Notes: generated by a model from the letters alone, not told the origin. A stretch of 64,000 nucleotides of DNA from Okamejei kenojei (GCA_035221665.1 CM069165.1:3596001-3660000); one strand, 5' to 3'; positions 50,031 through 64,000 are shown, numbered from the stretch's first letter. Translations and numbers: made by a program.

Positions 50031-53000
50031 AACCCCTTCAAGTTTCAAATAGAATATCAGAACACCGGGAGTGGGTTACCGGCTGGGATCTAATCCTACA
50101 AGTGTATGGGAGGGTTTATATATAGAATAACAGATCCCCGGAGGTGTGTTACAGGATGGGATCTTATCAACGTGTTTTGGGCGGGGGGGGGGGGGGTGGT
50201 GTAAAGTTCAACTTTACAGATTTACTAGATTTCGATGAGTCAGAGCAACAAACAACTATGTATGTTGTCCACCAATAAAAAAGTGGACACTTGGAGATGA
50301 TTGTATTCAATAGGTAATACTTTTTAGTGTGTAGTGTTGTGTAGAATTGTACATGAAAGTTCCCAAGAAATCTCGGCAAAGTTGGAATAGCTTTGAGGGC
50401 TTAATTTTTAGTTTATATTATATCCATTCATTCCAGATTAGCGCTCAGAAAATAATATCGAGGGGTGGAAGGGAGAAAGTTTGGTAGAGAGCGGCATGCT
50501 GGATAGAGGGAGTGGGGTTGAAAAATGACATGAGGAATATCAGGGACAGGATGGGGTGGAGGGAGATCAAGAAAGGCAGGTAAGAGAATAAGGGGAGGGG
50601 AGGGATGGGGGAGTGAGGGGGGGGAGGTAAGGGACATATAGGGGAGTGGGACATGATGAGGGGAGTTACAAGGGAGGGGATAGAGAGAAGGGGAGAGAGA
50701 CGGCTTGGGGAGAGAGTGACGAGAGATCCAGGGGGGTGAGTTAGAGGGGAGGTGAGGGGAGATAATGGGGTGAGGGGGGCGAGGGAAGAGGATGGGGAGT
50801 TGGAGGAAAGGGGATGGGACGAGGGGGTGGGAGGGGAGAGTGAAGAGGAGGTAAGAGAGGCTGGGTGCGAATGAGAAGGGAAGAGAGGGGATGGCGAGAG
50901 GGGAGGGGGAGAGGAAAATGGGTAAGGAAAGGGGAAGCGATGGAGAAGATGAAGAGATGGGAATTGGGTGAGGAGATGTAATGAGAGGGGGAGTGGAGAT
51001 CAATCACTGGATGCATTGAAGAGAGATGTATATGGAGCTCTTAGGGCAAGAGGAATCAAGGGATATGGGGTAAAAGGCAGGAACGGGGTACTGATTGGTG
51101 AAGATCAGACATTATCACAATGAATGGCGGTGCTGGCTCCAAGGGCTGCATAGCCCACTCCTGCCCATATTGTGTTGTATCTCTGTAAGACGGGAGGGTA
51201 GGTGGAGGGGAGGATAAGGTAGGGCGGGGACAGTTAATGGGTATGAGGAGTTGAGGAAGAAAGGAGCAGTAGAGTGGAAGGGGTGTGGGAGAGTGGAGTA
51301 GGGAGGGGGGAGGGTGTTCGGTTGTGCATTCCGCATCCGCCATATCACCTCCCCATCAAGCCCTCCCCCTTGCCTTCTCCTGAGGCTCTTCGCCCCGTAG
51401 CTCCTCCCCTGTAGCCCATGCTCCTACCTTCTAGCCCATCCGCCTCCCTCCCACATTACCCCACCCCTTCCACGGAGCCCCTCCCCTGACCCATCCATCT
51501 ACTGCCACCCATTCACCCAGATCCCACAATTTCCGTTCCAAATCGCCATCATATCCATGATTTCTCATCGGCCTGAAAATCTGTCGATTTTACAGTCAGG
51601 TAGAGCAATTACAGTTTCCCACATGAAGCACATGCGCGCTGGAAATTGGTTGGTTGATCGAGCGCTGTGGCGATCTTTTATGCTGGCGCCTTCAATACTT
51701 GTCAGCGGAAAGGGCCGCCATCATTCGTGTAGGCTCTCTCAATGCAAGTGGCCGTACACAGACCATTGTCGTATGTGATGCTAGCCTCAATGCAGGTCTC
51801 CACATTTCGTGCAGGCTTCCTTAACACTCGTGCCCATACAGGGACAGGGTGTGATGCAGACAGCATCAATGCAGGTATCCCATACGGTAAATGTGCCGCC
51901 ATCGTTGGTGCTGCCACCACACCGGTACCCTTCAAAGATGACCCTCTGGTGCAGAGATATAGAAGGCACTTCTCGCCTGTCTATAATCCAGTGAACGCGC
52001 AGCGGATGTAATAACTCCTCACCTTACCCCTCCATCCCTGGCAAGATGCTGGGGAATTTCTTCTGCACTCGTGTGATGCAAGGGTTAATCACAATATGTC
52101 AGCTAAAATGAAGTTGTCAGTGCATACAGGAGCGTTGAATTCGCGTGTATGAAATAACTGCTGATGCCGGTTTAAATCGAAGGAAGACACAAAATGCTGG
52201 AGTAACTGCGGGACAGGCAGCATCTCCCAATTCCTTCTCTCCAGAGATGCTGCCTGTCCTGCTGAGTTTCTCCAGCACTTTGTGTCTATCTTAAACTTGA
52301 GTACGCAGCGGGCAGTGAGACCTGTCATTTTGTATCGTTAATGTATTGACAGTTGTTTTCTGTATTTTGCTTTAATAAATAGTTATTTGTGTATTTCAGG
52401 ATGTGCTTACTCCGTTCATTGATCCGAATCCTTGAATCCTGCATATAGTTCTTCATAGCCAGCTCCAATGGCACCAAATCATTGGTACTTCTTTCATAAC
52501 TCTTTGCCAGAGGTACTGCCACATAGTTTTATCGTCAACTCTGCCTCATCAGGTTGAACAGCGGATACAGTAGTACATGAGTTCTATTTCCCCCTTCAAC
52601 TACGTCAAAGGATCTTGACAGTCTTTTCAGGAGAGGCAGAGGTTCACTTGCATCTCCTCCAAGCTAACCTACTGTATCTGCTGTTCCAGTTGTGGACTCC
52701 TATATGTCTGCGAGACCAAGTGCTGGCTCGGCGATGGTTTCGCTGAACACCTTCACTCACTGCACTTGGATTTACCCAATCTCCCGGTTGCCTATCATTT
52801 TAATTCCCCATATCCATCAAGAGAATATTCGTTGATATGTAGATCGAGTCGATGGAAAGAGGGATTGTTTTCCGTGATGGTCAGAGCTGCGTCTAAAATT
52901 CCATCGCTCCTGGTAGCGCGTTCCGGGCCCCGCCACGTTCTGTGTATAAAAAACCTGTAAAATGTGCCCCTCTCACGTTAAAACTACGCTCTATAATCTT

Positions 53001-56000
53001 TGACATTGATATGGTGGTGGAGGAGGTGGGGGGTAGTTTCTGACTGTTTATCCTATATACCTCTCTCGGAAATTTATATTACTTCTATCAGGTCTCCAAT
53101 GAACCTGTGAGGTGCCGGAGAAGTGATCCAAGTCTGTGCAACTGCTCTTTGTAGTTATGCATTCTATTCTTTTACATGGGCATTTATCTGTACAAATAGT
53201 TTAGGAAGAAGGTGAATCTAACCGACAGTTTACCCACTCTCTCTTATTCGCCGCCTCTTCCTGTTACAAGGTATGGTAAGTGTTGGGGGTGAGAGGGAGA
53301 GAGCATGAGATAGTGTAATACTCCCACCCAGTGGCTGAGAACCGCCACTGCGAGTCCTACACCCCATCCCAGTCTCTGTGACCTCCTCCCCTCCGGTGCC
53401 TATACCACTCTCCTGATGTCTGTAACACCCTCGCCTTGGGCCCCTACACTCCGCCATGTCTCTGACCACCACCCAGGCGGCACTTATACCCCTCTCCTTA
53501 TTTCTGTGACTCACTCCCTCTCCAGCCCCGACACACCCTCTTCCAGTCACTGTATCTCCCTCCCCTCCGGCCTCGACACCCTTCACCCCATGGAAGAGGG
53601 GAGAAGATGGGCTGACCAGGGTGAGGCTGGTCTTTGTTTACTGTGGTGACCTTGAGCGGAGGCATGAGGTGTAGATGGTGTCCATGGAATGGAGATTAGT
53701 TTGCGTGATGGTCTCGGCTGCTTCCACAATTCTCTGAGGTTCCTTGCGGTTCTTGGACGGAGCTGCTCCCAAACCAGGTTGTAATGCATCCCGATAAATT
53801 GTTTTCTATGGCATATCTGTAGAGGTTGAACAGAGGTGTTGGGGACATGCCGAACCTCCAAAGCTTTCTAATGCAATAAAGGCGTTGGTGTGCTTTCTAT
53901 GCCATTGCTTATATGTGACTTAGATGTGATGCTGATGATATTTACTGCCCGGAACTTTGATCGTATCAAGTTTATTTATACCCAACGTTAGGAGTGAAAC
54001 GAGGGAGTAGCCAGGGTGGTATGTGTATCTGATTATGCTGGCAGTCTTTTTGAGGCAGTGTCTCCTATAGATTCCCTTGATGGTGGGGAAGTCAGTACCC
54101 GTGATGGATTGGGCAGTGTCTACCCATCTCTGTAATTGCCTTTGTTCCTGGACATTCAAGATGCCGAGCCAGGCTGTGATGCAACCAGTTCACATGCTCT
54201 CCACTGTATGTGAGCTACAGGGAGAAGTTTTGAAAATTGGAAGAGTAACAAAACATTGAGGAAGGCTCTCAGAAGATACAAAGGGATGGAGGTCAGCTGC
54301 AGAAATGGGTGGAATTTAGCACGAGCAAGTGTGTGATCCGTTGCATTGTGTGAGTTTGAATGAAAGGTGAAAGTCGACAGTAATTAGCAAGACCTTCACA
54401 GCATTGATGTGTAGTGGTAACTTGGAGTCCAAGTTCATAGCTCACTGAAGGTGGCAGCACAAGTACGTTGAGCGGTAATGAAATTCAAGCGAGTATACGT
54501 TGATGTGTAGATGGAGTCGATGGAAGGGAGGTCGGTTTCCGTGATGGTCAGAGCTGCGTGCATAATTCCACCGCTTCTGTCAGCGCGTTCCAGGCCCACA
54601 TCAGTAACTGTGTCTAAAAAACTTGCCACGCATATTTCCTATAGATTTTGACTCTTTCACCTTAAAGTTATGCTCTCTAATCTTTGACATTAGTATGGTG
54701 GTGGTGTTGGCGGGGGGGGGGGGGGGTAGTTTCTGACTGTTTATCCTATCTACCGCTCTCGGCAATGTATATTGCTTCTGTCGGGTCTCCAATCAACCTG
54801 TGAGGTTCCGGAGAAATAATCCAAGTCTGTGCAAACTCTCCTAGTAGTTAATACATTTTAATCCTTTCCCTGGGCATTCATCTGTCCAAATAGTTTGGGA
54901 AGAGGGGGAATAGAGCCGACAGTTTACACACACTCTCTTGTTCGCCCGCTGCATCTGTTACAAGGTTTTGGTAGGGTTGGGTGTGAGAGGGAGAGAGCAT
55001 TAGATAGTGAAATACTCCCACCCAGTGGCGGAGAACAACCACTTCGAAACCTACACCCCTCCCATTCTCTGTGACTTGCTCCCCTCGGCGCCTCTACCTC
55101 TCTCCCGATGTCTGTAACACCCACACCTCTGGCCCCTACACCCCGCCCTGTCGCTGTGACCACCTCACAGCCGGCACCTACACCGCTCTCCCTGTTTCTG
55201 TGACGCCATCCCTCTCCAGACCCGGCACACCCTCTCCCCGTCAATGTATCCCCCTCCGTTCCGGCACCTACACCACCTCTCGCCGTATCTATGAACCCCT
55301 TCAAGTTTCAAATAGAATATCAGAACACCGGGAGTGGGTTACCGGCTGGGATCTAACCTACAAGTGTATGGGAGGGTTTATATATAGAATAACAGATCCC
55401 CGGAGGTGTGTTACAGGATGGGATCTTATCAACGTGTTTTGGGCGGGGGGGGGGGGGGGGTGGTGTAAAGTTCAACTTTACAGATTTACTAGATTTCGAT
55501 GAGTCAGAGCAACAAACAACTATGTATGTTGTCCACCAATAAAAAAGTGGACACTTGGAGATGATTGTATTCAATAGGTAATACTTTTTAGTGTGTAGTG
55601 TTGTGTAGAATTGTACATGAAAGTTCCCAAGAAATCTCGGCAATGTTGGAATAGCTTTGAGGGCTTAATTTTTAGTTTATATTATATCCATTCATTCCAG
55701 ATTAGCGCTCAGAAAATAATATCGAGGGGTGGAAGGGAGAAAGTTTGGTAGAGAGCGGCATGCTGGATAGAGGAAGTGGGGTTGAAAAATGACATGAGGA
55801 GTATCAGGGACAGGATGGGGTGGAGGGAGATCAAGAAAGGCAGGTAAGATAATAAGGGGAGGGGAGGGATGGGGGAGTGAGGGGGGGTAAGGGACATATA
55901 GGGGAGTGGGACATGATGAGGGGAGTTACAAGGGAGGGGATAGAGAGAAGGGGAGAGAGAGACGGCTTGGGGAGAGAGTGACGAGAGATCCAGAGGGGTG

Positions 56001-58076
56001 AGTTAGAGGGGAGGTGAGGGGAGATAATGGGGTGAGGGGGGCGAGGGAAGAGGATGGGGAGTTGGAGGAAAGGGGATGGGACGAGGGGGGTGGGAGGGGA
56101 GAGTGAAGAGGAGGTAAGAGAGGCTGGGTGCGAATGAGAAGGGAAGAGAGGGGATGGCGAGAGGGGAGGGGGAGAGGAAAATGGGTAAGGAAAGGGGAAG
56201 CGATGGAGAAGATGAAGAGATGGGAATTGGGTGAGGAGATGTAATGAGTTAAGGGGAGTGGAGAACAATCACTAGATGCATTGAAGAGAGATGTATATGG
56301 AGCTCTTAGGGCAAGAGGAATCAAGGGATACGGGGTAAAAGGCAGGAACGGGGTACTGATTGGTGAAGATCAGACACTATCACAATGAATGGCGGTGCTG
56401 GCTCCAAGGGCTGCATAGCCCACTCCTGCCCATATTGTATTGTATCTCTGTAAGACGGGAGGGTAGGTGGAGGGGAGGATAAGGTAGGGCGGGGACAGTT
56501 AATGGGTAGGAGGAGTTGAGGAAGAAAGGAGCAGTAGAGTGGAAGGGGTGTGGGAGAGTGGAGGAGGGAGGGGGGAGGGTGTTCGGTTGTGCATTCCGCA
56601 TCCGCCATATCACCTCCCCATCAAGCCCTCCCCCTTGCCTTCTCCTGAGGCTCTTCGCCCCGTAGCTCCTCCCCTGTAGCCCATGCTCCTACCTTCTAGA
56701 CCCTCCGCCTCCCTCCCACATTACCCCACCACTTCCACGGAGCCCCTCCCCTGACCCATCAATCTACTGCCACCCATTCACCCAGATACCACAATTTCCG
56801 TTCCAAATCGCCATCATATCCATGATTTCTCATCGGCCTGAAAATCTGACGATTTTACAGTCAGGTAGAGCAATTACAGTTTCCCACTTGAAGCACATGC
56901 GCGCTGGAAATTGGTTGGTTGATCGAGCGCTGTGGCGATCTTTTATGCTGGCGCCTTCAATACTTGTCAGCGGAAAGGGCCGCCATCATTCGTGTAGGCT
57001 CTCTCAATGCAAGTGGCCGTACACAGACCATTGTCGTATGTGATGCTAGCCTCAATGCAGGTCTCCACATTTCATGCAGGCATCCTTAACACTCGTGTCC
57101 ATACAGGGACAGGGTGTGATGCAGACAGCATCAATGCAGGTATCCAATACGGTAAATGTGCCGCCATCGTTGGTGCTGCCACCACACCGGTACCCTTCAA
57201 AGATGACCCTCTGGTGCAGAGATATAGAAGGCACTTCTCGCCTGTCTATAATCCAGTGAACGGGCAGCGGATGTAATAACTCCTCACCTTACCCCTCCAT
57301 CCCTGGCAAGATGCTGGGGAATTTCTTCTGCACTCGTGTGATGCAAGGGTTAATCAGAATATGTCAGCTAAAATGCAGTTGTCAGTGCATACAGGAGCGT
57401 TGAATTCGCGTGTATGAAATAACTGCTGATGCCGGTTTAAATCGAAGGAAGACACAAAATGCTGGAGTAACTGCGGGACAGGCAGCATCTCCCAATTCCT
57501 TCTCTCCAGAGATGCTGCCTGTCCTGCTGAGTTTCTCCAGCACTTTGTGTCTATCTTAAACTTGAGTACGCAGCGGGCAGTGAGACCTGTCATTTTGTAT
57601 CGTTAATGTATTGACAGTTGTTTTCTGTATTTTGCTTTAATAAATAGTTATTTGTGTATTTCAGGATGTGCTTACTCCCTTCATTGATCCGAATCCTTGA
57701 ATCCTGCATATAGTTCTTCATAGCCAGCTCCAATGGCACCAAATCATTGGTACTTCTTTCATAACCCTTTACTAGAGGTACTGCCACATAGTTTTATCGT
57801 CAACTCTGCCTCATCAGGTTGAACAGCGGATACAGTTGTACATGAGTTATATTTCCCCCTTCAACTACGTCAAAGGATCTTGACAGTCTTTTCAGGAGAG
57901 GCAGAGGTTCACTTGCATCTCCACCAAGCTAACCTACTGTATCTGCTGTTCCAGTTGTGGACTCCTATATGTCTGCGAGACCAAGTGCTGGCTCGGCGAT
58001 TGTTTCGCTGAACACCTTCACTCACTGCACCTGGATTTACCCAATCTCCCGGTTGCCTATCATTTTAATTCCCCAT
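47546..58076. repeat. Recent tandem duplication, period about 5270 bp (47546-52815 and 52816-58076)
   Basis: Both copies start ATCAAGAGAATATTCGTTGATATGTAG and end TTTTAATTCCCCAT; ORF pairs in the track are nearly identical. Confidence 0.95.
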
Positions 58077-58274
58077 TCCCATTCCCACACTGACCATTCT
58101 ATCCAGGGCCTCCTCCATTGTCAAACTGGCAAGAAGTCCATGGCAAATTCGCTTGAGGAGGTTACACCCGAGTGATATATTAACGTGTTTAAGGAAGAAC
58201 TGCAGATGCTGGAAAATCGAAGGTACACAAAAATACTGGAGAAGCTCAGCAGGTGCAGCAGCATCTATGGATCA

Positions 58275-59567
58275 AACATAGAAACATAGAAACATAGAAA
58301 TTAGGTGCAGGAGTAGGCCATTCAGCCCTTCGAGCCTGCACCGCCATTCAATATGATCATGGCTGATCATCCAACTCAGTATCCCGTACCTGCCTTCTCT
58401 CCATACCCTCTGATCCCCTTAGCCACAAGGGCCACATCCAACTCACTCTTAAATATAGCCAATGAACTGGCCTCAACTACCCTCTGTGGCAGAGAGTTCC
58501 AGAGACTCACCACTCTCTGTGTGAAGAAAGTCTTTCTCATCTCGGTCTTAAAGGATTTCCCCCTTATCCTTAAGCTGTGACCCCTTGTCCTGGACTTCCC
58601 CAACATCGGGAACAATCTTCCTGCATCTAGCCTGTCCAACCCCTTAAGAATTTTGTAAGTTTCTATAAGATCCCCTCTTAATCTCCTAAATTCCAGAGAG
58701 TATAAACCGAGTCTATCCAGTCTTTCTTCATAAGACAGTCCTGACATCCCAGGAATCAGTCTGGTGAACCTTCTCTGCACTCCCTCTATGGCAATAATGT
58801 CCTTCCTCAGATTTGGAGACCAAAACTGCACGCAATACTCCAGGTGTGGTCTCACCAAGACCCTGTACAACTGAAGTAGAACCTCCCTGCTCCTGTACTC
58901 AAATCCTTTTGCTATGAAAGCTAACATACCATTCGCTTTTTTCACTGCCTGCTGCACCTGCATGCCTACTTTCAATGACTGGTGTACCATGACACCCAGG
59001 TCTCGCTGCATATCCCCTTTTCCTAATCGGCCACCATTTAAATAATAGTCTGCTTTCCTGTTTTTGCCACCAAAGTGGATAACCTCACATTTATCCACAT
59101 TATACTGCATCTGCCAAACATTTGCCCACTCACCCAGCCTATCCAAGTCACCTTGCAGTCTCCTAGCATCCTCCTCACAGCGAACACTGCCCCCCAGCTT
59201 AGTGTCATCCGCAAACTTGGAGATATTGCCTTCAATTCCCTCATCCAGATCATTAATATAATATTGTAAATAGCTGGGGTCCCAGCACTGAGCCCTGCGG
59301 TACCCCACTAGTTACTGCCTGCCATTGTGAAAAGGACCCGTTTACTCCTACTCTTTGCTTCCTGTTTGCCAGCCAGTTCTCTATCCACATCAATACTGAA
59401 CCCCTAATACCGTATGCTTTAAGTTTGTATACTAATCTCTTATGTGGGACCTTGTCGAAAGCCTTCTGGAAGTCCAGATATACCACATCCACTGGTTCTC
59501 CCTTATCCACGCTACTAGTTACATCCTCGAAAAATTCCACAAGATTCGTCAGACATGATTTACCTTT
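58275..59567 (-). mobile_element. Young 5'-truncated CR1 LINE
   Basis: Near-identical to 42111-43398; ORFs 58376-59308 and 59253-59540. Confidence 0.95.
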
Positions 59568-59799
59568 TGAAAGAAAATAGGCAACGTTTCGGGACTAAAC
59601 CATTCTTCAAACATCTTGATATATTAACTTCCCTAACTTCAAGTAACTATTGCTTTCCCTCTCTCTCCACCCCATTTACCCCCCCAGTTCTCCGACCAGT
59701 CTGAGTGTCATCGATTACATGTTATCTCAGTTTTTCTTGTTTCCTGTTCCGAGCGAGCATTTATTGTACATTCTCCTTATACTTCATCCACTTGGTCCC

Positions 59800-61195
59800 G
59801 TTTTCCACAGATCCACCACTCTGTGTGAAAATGTTTTTTCTCATCGCGGTCCTAAAAGAATTCCCCCCTATCCTTAAACTGTGACCCCCTTGTTCTGGAC
59901 TTCCCCAACATCAGGCTCAATCTTCCTGCATCTAGCCAGTCCAAAATCTTAAGAATTTTGTAAGTTTCTATAAGATTCCCCCTCGATCTTCTAAATTCTT
60001 GCGAGTGCATTCCAAATCTATCCAGTCTTTCTTCATATGAGTCCTGACATCCTAGGAATCAGTCTGGTGAACCATCTCTGTACTCCCTCTATGGCAAGAA
60101 TATCTTTCCTCAGAATAGGTGACCAAAACTGTACTCAATACTCCAGGTGTGGACTCACCAAGACCCTGTACAACTGCAGTAGAACCCCCCTGCTACTTTA
60201 CTCAAATCCTTTTGCTATGAATGCTAACATACCATTCGCTTTCTTCACAGCCTGCTGCACCTGCATGTTTACTTTCAATGACTGGTGTGCCATGACACCC
60301 AGGTCTCGTTGCATCTCTCCTTTTCCTAATCAGCCACCATTCAAACAATAGTCTACTTTCGTGTTTTTGCCACCAACATGGATAACCTCACATGTATCCG
60401 CATTATACTGCATCTGCCACGCATTTTCCCACTCACCCAACCTATCCAAATCACTTTGCAGCCTCCTAGCATCCTCCTCACAGCTAACACTGCCCCAGCT
60501 TCAAGTAATCCGCAAACCTGAAGATGTTGCATTAAATTCCCTCGTCAAAATTATTGGTATATATTGTAAATAGCTGTGGTCCCAGCACCGAGCTTTGCGG
60601 TACCCCACTAGTCACTGCTTGCCATTCTGAAAATGACCCATATAACCATATAACCATATAACAATTACAGCACGGAGACAGGCCCTCTCGGCCCTTCCAG
60701 TCCGTGCCGACCATTTGTTTTCCCCTAGTCCCTTCTACCTGCACTCAGACCATACCCCTCCATTCCCTTCACGTCCATATACCTATCCACTTTACTTTTA
60801 AATGTTAAAATCGATCATGCCTCCACCACCTCTGCTGGAAGCTCATTTTACTCCTATACTTTGCTTCCTGTCTGCCAGCCAGTTCTCTATCCACATCAAT
60901 ACTGAACCCCCAATATCGTGTGCATTATTTTGCGTACTAATCTCCTAAGTGGGACCTTGTCGAAAGCCTTCTGAATGTCCAGAAATAACACATCCACTCG
61001 TTCTCCCTTATCTACTCAACTAGTTACATCCTCGAAAAATTCGATAAGTTTCGTCATACATCATTTCCCTTTCATAAATCCACACTAATTTTGTCCATTG
61101 ATTTTACCACTTTACAAATGCGCTGCTATTCCATCTTTAATAACTGACTCTAGAAGTTTCCCCACTACCGATGCTAAATTAATTGGTCTGTAATG
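59800..61195 (-). mobile_element. Older CR1 LINE fragment, interrupted at about 60640-60850 by another repeat
   Basis: Collinear with the young CR1 RT region but diverged. Confidence 0.88.
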
Positions 61196-61204
61196 GCTGA
61201 TGAG

Positions 61205-62070
61205 ATATTGGCTGATGAGATTAAAGAAAGTGAGTTAAAACATTTAAAAGCTCCTAGTTTAGATCTTTATAAGAATATATTTGAATTTCATGATTTGTTA
61301 TTAGTATCACCGATTGAGAAAACTTGTGAAAACCAAAAGACAATTTTATGTACATGGTGATAAATCTGGCAAACTATTTGCAAATCAGTTGAAAGCTGTG
61401 TCAGCCAAACGTCAGATTATTAAAGTTAGTAAACGAGATGGTACTCTGACAGTAGATCATGATGAAATTAATAAATCCTTTCAATAATTGTATACCTAGC
61501 TATATCAATCAGAAATTCATACTGATTCCAATATAATGCATGCGTTTTTAAAGAAAAGGAACGTGCCAAATGTATCACATAATGAATCTCTGTTATTAGG
61601 TGAACCCATCACGGAGGAAGAAATACAGAAATAAATCCTTTCGATTAACTCTGGTAAAGCTCCTGGCTTGGACCTGTATATAGTGGAATTCTCTTAGTGT
61701 TTCTCAAGTTTACTGTCCCCGTGGCTATGCTACGGTTTTTAAGAAGCCCTTTCAATGAAAAAATTACCACAATCATTTTATGAAGCATCTATCTCTTTAT
61801 TTCTTATAAAAATATAAATATCCTACTGAAGTGGCACATATAGACCAATATCATTATTAAATGTAGATTCTAAAATTATTTCAAAAATATTAGCTTTGTG
61901 GTTGAAAAACATTTTACCGCAAATTATTTCTGAAAATCAGACGGGTTTTATTAAACATCGTTATTCATACTTTAAGGTTAGGAGATTAATTCCATAATGT
62001 GACATCTCACTTGATGCTTGATATAGAGTAGTATGGGAATACTTATTCAATACACTTGAACAATTTTTTT
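61205..62070 (+). mobile_element. L1-clade LINE ORF2 fragment, degenerate
   Basis: Manual translation gives HGDKSGKLFANQLK, PITEEEI, GKAPGLD, ASISL, YRPISLLNVDSKI, QTGFIKHR with stops. Confidence 0.88.
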
Positions 62071-64000
62071 AATGAAAACTTAATTAAAAGATTTTAAAAG
62101 AAGAAAAGAAAGCTTTGTCTGCCCCAAACCGTGGGGGTTGAATCGCCCCGTTCCGCGGGGTCTTTCATCGCGTGGCGCGGCTTAAAATCGGCCACCAAAA
62201 TCGGGAACCTCGAATTCCTCGATGCAACAGTTAGATTTTAAGCCCAGCCGGGTGATGAAAAGCCCCGTGAACTGCCGAGACGGCCCTTAGCAAGCGTCTG
62301 GTACTCCCTTGAATCTTTCAAAAGCTTCAGTGAACAATAACACCTAAACAAATGAAATTGTCGCAAATAAAGGCAAACAGAAGAACCAACCTTGGAGGGG
62401 GCAGAGAGAGAGAGAGAGAGAGAGAGGGAGATTTGAAAACGCTAAATAACGTGAGTGGCCGTGATAGAAACATTTACCTGCAAGCCAGCCAGGAAACCCG
62501 TTCGTCCTGAACCCTTAATGACCCGACACGTTTAATTCCGATACCCGTTTAAATATTTCGCATCCACCAATTGATCCATTAGTTGAAATGGTATTCCTAC
62601 CCCCATCAGATAGCTTTAAGAAATTATCCGTAATTACCTTAATACTTGAGGGTCAAAACATAATTGGTGACACATCATGTTAATACGATGTCTCGCGGAG
62701 AGCGGATAATGTAATAGAGTTTTTTTCACGGAATTTCGAAAACCGGAATACAAAATACCGGGGAATTGTATCCCACCCCTCAAAAAATGGGAAGAATGTG
62801 TGCCCCCCCATTCCCCCCAACCCCTCCGGGTTTCCGCATGGGCGTGTGGTGTGTGGGTGGCGGGGTAAGGGTGGGGCGGTTGGGTGTGTGTGGGCGGCTG
62901 GGGGTGGGGTGTGGGCGGGGGGCTTGTAGCAGGGAGCTGTGTCTGGCCAGGCTGGGATTTGTGCGGGGGGACGTAGATGTCTGGGCGGGGGGAGTTGTAG
63001 GGGGAGAGGGGTTTGTGGGCGGGGTGGGTGAGCTCGGAGAAAAGACGGGGAGAGGGGGGCATCAAGGGGGAGGGGGTAGGGTGGGCGGTGCTAGAAAGGG
63101 TACCAGAGGGTTGATGGCTGGAATTGGACGTGCGGTGGGGCTAACAGTGGGCGCTGGTTGCTCTCCTCCGCCTGTTTCAGTGTCTCTGCTTTCCATTTGG
63201 CGACATCGATGACGTATCCGACTCCGGGCTGGGCTAGGCCTCCCACACTGGGATGGGCTGGGTCGGGACTCCAACGCTGGGATGCTGCTTGGGGCTTGGT
63301 TGCTGCATAGGGCGGGGCAGCTTGGGGCGGGGCTTATTGGGGCTGGGCTGAGCTGGGCTGCTTGGGGTGGGGTGCTTGGGGCTGGGCTGCTTGTGGGGGT
63401 GGGCGGGCTGGGCTCCTTCGGGTCCCTCCAAACGTCCGGTTGGAAAACACCGCCAGCCCACCCTCACCTCCAGTAAAGAGGCGATAGCGCAGGAAGGGGC
63501 GGAACGTCCCGGGAGTGACAGGGGAAGATACTAATCGACGCGGCGGTGACAGGCAGGAGAATACATCGATCTGCGCATGCGCGGTTTTTTGAGAATTTTA
63601 AACCTCGCTAACTTTTACGATATTGAACCGATTGGAACGAAACATTCGGTGTACTCGCAGTACAGGAGAGCGGTGGTGTAACTGGCAAAAATCGTAACTC
63701 TACCAGGAACCATTTTTGTGCAACGATGACTAGATCAAAGTTTTAATTTTGTCTAAAGAATATAGAGATAGAGGTAGAATATTGATAGACAGAAAATAGA
63801 TAAATTGTCACTGACTCCTAATGGCTCCTTTACCTCCGGTTCATTACACAATAGACAATAGAGAATAGGTGCAGGAGTAGGCTATTCAGTGTGATAATGG
63901 CCGATCATTTCCAAACGGCACCCCGTTCCTGCCTTCTCCCCACATCCCCTGACTTCACTATCATTAAAAGACCTATCTAGCTCTCGCTTGAAACTATCCA

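Noticed and set aside
51841-51850. GGGACAGGGT, similar to the conserved D-beta core (also near 57106)
   Set aside because: No flanking heptamers or nonamers, and it lies 3' of C-beta.
62100-63760. CpG-rich region with GC boxes and TGCGCATGCGC as a gene promoter
   Set aside because: Shares blocks with the CpG-rich repeat family; no exon evident; ORFs are low-complexity.
32900-64000. Inverted V-beta, second C-beta or flanking gene such as EPHB6
   Set aside because: No WYxQ/YxC V motifs, RSS or recognisable exons seen; small exons or sequence in N gaps could have been missed.

Overview
Eukaryotic genomic DNA, repeat-rich and with assembly gaps. The repeat families and the protein sequence point to a cartilaginous fish, most likely a skate or ray (inference). 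The only host gene I can support is the constant region of the T-cell receptor beta chain on the + strand. It has four coding exons: C1-set Ig domain 12261-12611, hinge 14706-14726, transmembrane 16386-16492 and cytoplasmic tail 22488-22514. These join in frame into about 168 aa. Around it I find a degenerate J-beta-like segment with a 12-RSS (about 2078-2162) and an out-of-order, frameshifted copy of the TM exon inside intron 1 that keeps its splice acceptor and could give a TM-less isoform. There is also a candidate extra non-coding terminal exon (about 26073-26270) and a compact cluster of T-cell transcription factor motifs at about 31745-32000 that resembles the TCR-beta 3' enhancer (E-beta). 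The rest is mostly transposable elements: CR1 LINEs (three near-identical young copies), a Tc1 DD34E element, a Penelope element and derivatives with hammerhead-ribozyme cores, L2 and L1 fragments, and tRNA-SINEs. Minisatellites, GA/CT tracts and a nested tandem duplication (about 1.7 kb old, about 5.27 kb recent) at 46.6-58.1 kb complete the picture. I found no V or D segment and no second complete C gene. All alignments and counts were done by eye.
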